Part shown: in pieces, positions 57,217-64,000 of the stretch
Position numbering within the stretch: the stretch's first letter is position 1
Layout of the letters: each line of letters opens with the position of its first letter
From: Prasinococcaceae sp. CCMP 1430
Lineage: Eukaryota > Plantae > Prasinodermophyta
Assembly (NCBI GenBank): GCA_013416795.1
Contig: RQSC01001252.1
Span: forward strand, 30,990-94,989
Direction: 5' to 3'
DNA length: 64,000 nucleotides
The notes under the pieces: model-generated
What the model saw: the letters and a program-made list of their open reading frames with translations, nothing else
Database searches by the model: none
What the model was told of the DNA's origin: nothing
Position numbers and translations under genes: made by a program

Positions 57217-60200
57217 ATGATGGAGCCGCCGCGGCAGGCCAGTCCGAACGCGGCGTGCGCTGCCGAAGCTGCCAGTGTTGGTGAGGGCGACAAGCAAAAT
57301 GCCGCAGACGGGGGCGTCGAAGATGCGGGAGAGCACGCCAGCGCCGGTGCAGAGGCAGGAACTGTAGCCAATGAATGTGCTAGCGCAGGCGCAGCCGAGG
57401 CCATGGCGGAAGCCTCCGCCGATGGTGCGGCTGAAGGCACGGGCGTAGACGCAGCAACAGGTGCAGGCCCCGGCGAGAGCCCGGCAGCAGATGCTGGCGT
57501 GCGTCCAGCCGCCGTGTCGGACAGCGTGATCGATGTGATGACCATGAGCGCCAAAAGCGGCAGCGCGGGGCGTGGAAGCCCCGCTGTGACATCGCCGGAG
57601 CGCACGGCACCCGTTGCATCTGCTGCGGGGGGTGCGCAAGCGGAAGGTGCGACGATACATGCCGGTGACGGTGAGGCCACCGCCGCCGCTGCCGATGCAC
57701 ACCCGGACGACGGCCGCTGGTGGTTGTATCGCTCTCCCGGGCCCGAGCTCGCTCTGGACCCCGCGGACGTGACCCGTTGGCTAAAGGGCGCGAGCGTGCT
57801 CGTGTTCTACAATGGGGACGATGCGCCGCACCAGTGGTATCCGGGCGTTGTCAAGAGCGTGAACGAGACGGAGCGCATGCTGCGCATCTGGTACCCGCCG
57901 GACTGCGGCGAGGTGACGGTGAGTGAGAGCGGCTGGGTCGAAAAGGTTGCCATCGACGAGGTGCTCGAGCCTGGGCATATCGTGTGGGAAAGCGAGCGGG
58001 CAAGGGGCAGGTGGAGGGGCGCAAAAGCAGCTGCCATGGCAGAAGATGCAGGCAGCGAATCGGACGGGAGCGACCTGTCTGACTTTGAGTCGGAAACGGA
58101 CGACGGCAGCGACAGCGACGCCGACACACGCGGCCAGCGGATGACGAGTGCAGAGGGGGCTGACGCCGACGTGACACACGGGAAGCGCGCTCGTAAGCGG
58201 AGCGCAAAGGTGCTCGAGGCCGCCGAAGCAGCCGCTGCGGCTGCGGCCGCCGAAAAGACCACCGGTCGGGATACCAAGCGCGGCTCGCGTCAAGCGCGCG
58301 CGGCCGGCGGCGCCAAAGCGCCCAAGGGGAAAAGCCGTGTTCGCAGTGCCACCAGCCGCCGCCGTAAGCGCGCCTCGGCTAAAGCATTCCTGGACGAGCA
58401 GCAGGAGCTCCTCAGCATGCTGCAGAAGGCCAAGGGCACTAAATTCGCAGTGGATGGCAACGACGGCGATGCAAAGCGGCGGCGCAGTGGAGGGAAGACG
58501 CCCAAGCAGGGCAGCACAGCCTTAGGGGCGGCGGTGCCCTCTTCCGCTCCGATGTCACCCATGCCGGAGGGTGTGAAGCGCCAGCCTAGCATGAGCATTG
58601 AGGAGCAGCGCAAGAAGATTGCCGAAGTGTTCCGCGCGTCTCTGGCATCGGGACTGGGCGAAATCGTGGCCGCTGCAACGGGAGCCGAGCGGCTGCGGGC
58701 GCTCGCTGCCGAGATTGAGTCGCAGCTGTACATGCACCATGGGGCCATCAACAAGGCGTACAAGACGCAGGCGCGCACGCTGCACTTCAATCTCAAGGAC
58801 CGGTCCAACCCGGCGCTGCGCGAGCGTGTGCTGTCCGGCGAGCTCACGCCGCATGAGCTGTGCACGCTCACGCCAGAGCAGCTAGCCAATAAAGAATTGC
58901 GCGATCTGCGCCAGCGTGTGCAGCAGGCACACGAAAAAGAGATCTTCCGCGAGGATGCTGGACTGCCAACGCCTGGCCAGCGCGTCATGAAGATGACTGC
59001 CAAGGGTCTCGAGGAGATCGAGAACGAAGTCGAGGAACAGCATGAGCAGGGCCTGGAGGCTGCTGCGGATGACGAAAACGCGACCGCGCCCCAACCCTCC
59101 GCCGCCCATACCAACGATAGGAAAGGCAGCTACGATGGGAATGATGCGCTCGATGGCAAGGTATCCGCGAGGACCACTGATGGTGCGAGCGAAGCATTGC
59201 GCGCACGTGATGACTCCGCTGCACGAGGTGTAGACGCCGCAGTCTCGGACGCGGTGCTGCACATTCGTGGGGGTGCGCAGCACGCAGCAGAGAAGCCGGG
59301 AAGCGCGGAGGCCGTGACGGGCGTGGCACCAGAGCCGATTCGAGCGCCCTCAGACAGTGGGCCTATGGCACAGCGGCAGCAAGATGAGCGGAACCAGCAG
59401 CATATGGAGGAAGAGCCGCGTCAGCAAAAGCCCGTCTCTGGGGCATCGCCGCCCCTGGCTCCCGTGGCTCCAGTAGCGCGGGCCGCAAAGACGACGGCGG
59501 CGGACGCACAAGCTCCTGCGCCGCCTGGCCCCGCCCCTTGGGAAACCGCATCTTCCATCCAGGCGGCCGCGCTGTGGGAAGGGCACCTCGCCGATACGAG
59601 CGACCCCGCGATGACGGGCGGCGAAGAGATTTCCGCGCACTGCATGCTGCGCGCGAGTGGCGGCAGCGCTGCGGCGCGTGCCATGATCAGTGCCACGCTG
59701 CCCGCATCAATCAGCGTCAAGGGCCACCTTCGCGGCAACAGACTCGTGCCCTTCATACGCAAGGTCCAGGACTACAGCAGCCGGCAGGTGGTCTTCTGCA
59801 CACTCCAGGCGACTTCTGGTGGTCACAACTCAGACAACTTCGGGGCGATGCAGGACAGAAACGCCTCCATCAGGAAGTGTGCGGTGTTGGAGGAGGGCTT
59901 GGACAGCAGCAGAAAACCGCTGCTCGAGTGTTACATCGTGCCACCGGGCGATGCTGAGACATCGGAGGGGCTGCTCAGCGGCAGCGGCGTTGGCCTCACG
60001 CTGGCCGAGGGGCAGGCCCTCATGGTGATCGTCGCACGCGTGAAGAGCACGGCTGAACCTGTTCCGTTGGAACGAAAGCGCAGCCGAAGCGCATCCCAGC
60101 CTCGCGAGGACGAGCGCCCAGCCAAGCTCGCGCAACACCGCAATGACGAGCCACCGCCGCCACCGCCACCGCCACCGCCGCCTCCTGTAGGCACAGCAAT

Positions 60201-61068
60201 TCCAGGGCTGACTTCGGGGGCGCTCAGTGCCTCGGACGTAGGCATGGGCACGGTCGCAACTGGCGCTGTGCCGCCCATAGACCACACGATCAACTTGGGG
60301 CGGCCACCACCGCCGCCACCGCCGCCGCCGCCGCACGTGACCATGCCTCCGGGTGCGCCCCCGGGACCGCCTCTGGGCGCACAGCCAGGTCCGCCTGGGA
60401 GAGGACCGCCGCCTCCGCCACCAGGCATGCCAGATCTGTTGCGATTGCAACATGCTGGGGGTGGCACCAGCAACGCTGGTGGCCATGGCGGTGTCAGCGG
60501 GGGAGGTCCCTCGCTTGAGGGACTGGGCGCTTTGCTCACCTCAGTCGCCGCAGGGCTAGGCGCGCAGCGGGCACATCAACAGCCACAGGCGAATGCACAA
60601 CCACCTATGGTGCCAGCTGGTTTCCAGGGCGTGCTGCAGGCGCAGGATCCGCGCTCTGCGCGGGGCGCGCCGCCAGGGCCGCCGCCAGGTCCGCCGCCGG
60701 GTCCACCCGGGCCCCCGCATGCGCCATCGCACTCGTACCCACTGGGAGCGCCGCCGCCGCCGCCGCCGAGGCACGGCCGTGAGGACGACGGAGGATCGTT
60801 CCGTCGCAACTACGACAACCCTCAACGTGACCGCAGGGGCGATGACAGGACTCTCTACCGGCGCGGTGGTGACGACAGGTCTTACAGGCGCGATGATGAC
60901 GAGAGGTACAGGCGTGGTGAGGACGAGAGATCGCATTGGCGGGACAACCGGCGAGACAGGGAATCGCGGTCGCCTGGGCGTGGGCAACGATACGATCGCA
61001 ACGATCGCGACGATCGCCCTGGGCGAGGTCGTGGACATCACGTAGGACATCACGCGCGGCGATACTGA
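57217..61068 (+). CDS. TFIIS-central (TFS2M) + SPOC domain transcription factor (Bye1/PHF3/DIDO/BORDER-like) with an N-terminal Tudor-like fold and Pro-rich and RD-rich tails
   Basis: LAAEIESQLY...YKTQARTLHFNLKD.SNPALRERVLSGEL.P.ELC.L.PEQLA.KEL; LWEGHL...LP.SI.VKGHL (SPOC); VLVFY...QWYPGVV.SV....LRIWY. TGTAA at 61079. Confidence 0.85.
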   Translation: MMEPPRQASPNAACAAEAASVGEGDKQNAADGGVEDAGEHASAGAEAGTVANECASAGAAEAMAEASADGAAEGTGVDAATGAGPGESPAADAGVRPAAVSDSVIDVMTMSAKSGSAGRGSPAVTSPERTAPVASAAGGAQAEGATIHAGDGEATAAAADAHPDDGRWWLYRSPGPELALDPADVTRWLKGASVLVFYNGDDAPHQWYPGVVKSVNETERMLRIWYPPDCGEVTVSESGWVEKVAIDEVLEPGHIVWESERARGRWRGAKAAAMAEDAGSESDGSDLSDFESETDDGSDSDADTRGQRMTSAEGADADVTHGKRARKRSAKVLEAAEAAAAAAAAEKTTGRDTKRGSRQARAAGGAKAPKGKSRVRSATSRRRKRASAKAFLDEQQELLSMLQKAKGTKFAVDGNDGDAKRRRSGGKTPKQGSTALGAAVPSSAPMSPMPEGVKRQPSMSIEEQRKKIAEVFRASLASGLGEIVAAATGAERLRALAAEIESQLYMHHGAINKAYKTQARTLHFNLKDRSNPALRERVLSGELTPHELCTLTPEQLANKELRDLRQRVQQAHEKEIFREDAGLPTPGQRVMKMTAKGLEEIENEVEEQHEQGLEAAADDENATAPQPSAAHTNDRKGSYDGNDALDGKVSARTTDGASEALRARDDSAARGVDAAVSDAVLHIRGGAQHAAEKPGSAEAVTGVAPEPIRAPSDSGPMAQRQQDERNQQHMEEEPRQQKPVSGASPPLAPVAPVARAAKTTAADAQAPAPPGPAPWETASSIQAAALWEGHLADTSDPAMTGGEEISAHCMLRASGGSAAARAMISATLPASISVKGHLRGNRLVPFIRKVQDYSSRQVVFCTLQATSGGHNSDNFGAMQDRNASIRKCAVLEEGLDSSRKPLLECYIVPPGDAETSEGLLSGSGVGLTLAEGQALMVIVARVKSTAEPVPLERKRSRSASQPREDERPAKLAQHRNDEPPPPPPPPPPPPVGTAIPGLTSGALSASDVGMGTVATGAVPPIDHTINLGRPPPPPPPPPPHVTMPPGAPPGPPLGAQPGPPGRGPPPPPPGMPDLLRLQHAGGGTSNAGGHGGVSGGGPSLEGLGALLTSVAAGLGAQRAHQQPQANAQPPMVPAGFQGVLQAQDPRSARGAPPGPPPGPPPGPPGPPHAPSHSYPLGAPPPPPPRHGREDDGGSFRRNYDNPQRDRRGDDRTLYRRGGDDRSYRRDDDERYRRGEDERSHWRDNRRDRESRSPGRGQRYDRNDRDDRPGRGRGHHVGHHARRY

Positions 61069-61439
61069 GGCGCGATGTTGTAAGGTAGCGCGTGTCGGCA
61101 TCAAACGATACCACGAGCTGCTCACGTTGCCGATGCAACGCGCTGCCTAGCGCTTGCGCCCCGCGCGCGCCGGTACCTGGTATCGTAATGTTATAAAATA
61201 GTCAAATGCGGCTGCACGAACGAACGCGCTGTGGGCGTTTTCGGTTTGTGTGTGCGCGCGCACAATGCTCGTGCCATCCACATCAGCGAGTAGCCCCGCG
61301 CACGCGTCAGAGCCGCCCTGGACCAGCGCTTGTGCCACCGTCCTCTTGCTCTCCCCCGAAGACCTGTCGCGCCACTGCGCTTTGCCGCACCTGTCTGCGC
61401 GACCGCTTCGCTGCCTGCGCCCGACGCCGCGTGGCACGG

Positions 61440-63616
61440 ATGGCGGCACGGCGTCCACGAGCATGGGCGGATGTTGAGCGTGCGCCCATGGCGGTTGTCG
61501 CTGCAGCAGCGCTGGCGCTGGCGCTGGCGCTGGCGTGGCCTAGGGGGCTGCGCGCGGAGGCCACGATGGGCCGTCACGCGGGTGGCGCGGTGTCTAAGGC
61601 TTGGAGCAATGCTGTCGCGAGAGGAGGCAGCAGCACTGCCAATGGCTACAATGCGACCGCGCTATTTTCGAGCCCAGAGGGTGCCGCGCCACCGACGCTT
61701 TGGTCGCGATGGCTTGCGGGGCTCTCCGATCGCCCGGACCGCCCTTTAGCCGCATCGCTCGTGGCTGACCTCGCCTACTGCCCGCCTGATCACGCCATGA
61801 GGCGCGCTCGCTCCCTAGTTGGCGATACACAGCGGCTTCATGCTTTCATGCGCAAGCTGCGCGACGGGCGGTGCGTGCGTGTCCTCAATATTGGTGCGTG
61901 CGCAAGTGTGCATCATACGCGCGTGGGACTGCCGCGCGTGCGGGAAGCGGTGTTCGCGCGTGCTTCAAGCTGACACTGGCGGTGCACACGGCGCACATCC
62001 CTGCGCTGTCGTTTACATCTGCGATGAGCCCGGCAGGAGGTTCCGTCACGCACGGCCGCGGAATCGGTGGGCGGCAGCGTGCGTATGGCGCAACCTTCGA
62101 GGCGCTCCTGAACGAGGCCTTCCCAGGCTGTGCGCCAGCGGAAGATGCAGGGCTTCGCAGGCACGAGGTCGTCGTTCGCGCATCGGGAGGAACGGCCAGC
62201 AGGTACGCCCTGCAGCAGTTTGAGGCAAACATGCACGGGCTTGAAGCACAGGTGGACATGGTACTGGTAGAGTTCGCGCCGAACGACGGGTTCATGACGC
62301 TGTCCCCGAACATGAAGCAAGAAAACCAAATGGTGGCAAAACGCTCAGGGGGTGCTGCTGCGGGCAGCCTCAGCGGGGAGCGCGTCATCCAGTGGTACAC
62401 CGAGGCTCTTGTACGCAAGGTGCTTGGCCTGCGCACCGCCAACGGCACGCTTGCTGCCGCCGCGGTGTGGCTCGAGAGTTCCTGGATGGGTGAAGGGCTG
62501 CGCGACGCATTGCTGGAACGCAACGCTCCTGCCGCCACTGGCACGGCGCGCGCGCACGTGCATGCGCCAATGCGGGCGAACGCGCGGATGATGGATGTCA
62601 CAGAGCTCATGGCCTCGCTCGCACATCACGCAGTATTATCGTGGTATGGCATCCCGACTGTGAGTCTGGTGGATGTGATGGCGCCACTGACATTCAACTC
62701 TTTCGGAGTGTGGAATGAGGGCGGCTACGACGCGAGCTCGGCCTTCGCCTGGTCAAATATCGCCGCTGATAGATGCTGCCACCCCAACTTGGCCGGCCAC
62801 CACGTCATGGCGCTGATGCTGGCGCGCGAACTTGACCGCGAGGCGCAATTTTACGGCGTGCCACGAGTCAAGGAGGAAGAAGACGTGAGCGCACGACCAT
62901 TGTCCTCCTCGACGACCTCAGCGGGTGCTTCCACGCTGCACGTGTCGAGGGTGAAAAGTGTTGCGCCTGGTAGCGAATCGGATTCAAAGCACGCACATCT
63001 GCGCCCGCTCCTATGGCTCTCGCCCAGTGACGAGCGGAAATACCTTTCACCCCCGTACTTTAACCTGGACTTCATGAACCCTCGTCTCGAACTGGGCACG
63101 GTCATGGCGCCAGGTGGCCTCGGCTGGAGCTTCGAGGAGGATGTGCCGGGCAAGCAGGGGCTGATCGCTCGCGAGGCAGGGTCGCATGCGGCAATCGTAC
63201 TGCCAATGAGCGACGTCCAGCGTGCGCACCCAGAGGTGGATCGGATTGTGCTGGTGATCGGATACTTGTCCAGCTACAAAGGTTTCAGCAGCGTTTCGTA
63301 CTGGATCGATCAGACACCGTCACTGGCCGCTGAGAGGGCGGACGCGCTCGACCCGCGGCGATGCAGGCGGGACTTCAACATGAGCCTCGAGAGGCAGGTC
63401 ATCGACGCGACTCGGCTGTCGAATAGAGGCAACGTGTCCGTGTTTGAGAGCGCAGCGACCAAACCGATCGCCGTTGGCGACAAGCCCATGTATCTGCACG
63501 TGTGCTTGCATCCGGACGTCGCACGCTTGACGGTCGATGCTGCCAGGCGGCGCACGAAGGGCAAGTTCAAGCTACTTTCGGTCGTCGCCATGCACGGGGG
63601 GGAGGGCAGTGAATAG
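61440..63616 (+). CDS. Type II membrane or secreted SGNH/GDSL hydrolase-like protein; intron 61894-62036
   Basis: N-terminal hydrophobic helix; the spliced block I reads RL..F..KL..G.....LNIGGSVTHG; VDMVLVEFAPND (block III); DRCCHPN..GH (block V). Confidence 0.8.
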
Positions 63617-64000
63617 CACATCCGCCGGGCCGACCCTTGCCAGCCCACGTCGACGCAGGCGGTCGATGCCGCGAACTGGCGGGCGCCGCGCGCGTGCGCA
63701 TCCCGTCCGCCCGTCAATCAATAATCAGTTTCACACCTCTGAAAAGAAACGGGAAAGTAATTCAAGGATCAGGCTGGTTTTTTGGTTGATTGGTTGGGAT
63801 GCAATGGATCGGGTGTTCAATCATTCAAAGTGCGGGACGGATGGGATGGATGCGCACGCGAGCACCACAGCTGCTCCTTCCGATGCGCGCGCAGTTGCAC
63901 GTGTGTGGTCCATAGGCGGGGAAGCGCCGAAGTGAGGGTGCGCCGCCGAAGCCGCCGCGCCGCCGCGACGCACGCGCAAACCGCAACGCGCGGCGCGGCG

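Overview
Gene-dense, very GC-rich (roughly 70% by eye) eukaryotic nuclear DNA. It is most likely from a green alga of prasinophyte grade. This is an inference from short GT-AG introns with a GCTGAC branch site, TGTAA poly(A) signals after many stop codons, plant-like DA2, bZIP60, ACS-like, PPR and HVA22 genes, and a HYLS1-like centriole gene. About 33 protein-coding genes can be supported. Most are housekeeping: PDK, HVA22, CENP-S, VPS50, p23, a nucleotide-sugar transporter, an SDR, ISWI, a sulfatase, UGD, RPB5, SEC12, SPF27 and SpoU. I found no rRNA, tRNA, CRISPR array or recognisable transposon. The main oddities are: (1) a single-ORF fusion of S-formylglutathione hydrolase and class III ADH covering the whole glutathione-dependent formaldehyde pathway; (2) a membrane-anchored bZIP with a candidate 56-nt IRE1-type non-spliceosomal intron; (3) a cold-shock domain + PPR protein; (4) a thioredoxin-PUB-MIU protein; (5) a CWC16/CCDC130 gene that is either spliced into, or stop/start-overlapped with, a Nudix ORF; (6) a tandem pair of related single-TM microproteins, one absent from the ORF track; (7) a stand-alone ABCC TMD0-like protein; (8) a recurrent intergenic palindrome, TACTGTACAGTA. 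The assembly has six gaps (N at 3453, 10401, 19580, 33083; N runs at 25185-25455 and 56800-56887), so several 5' ends cannot be resolved. All family assignments come from motif recognition by eye; no database search was run.
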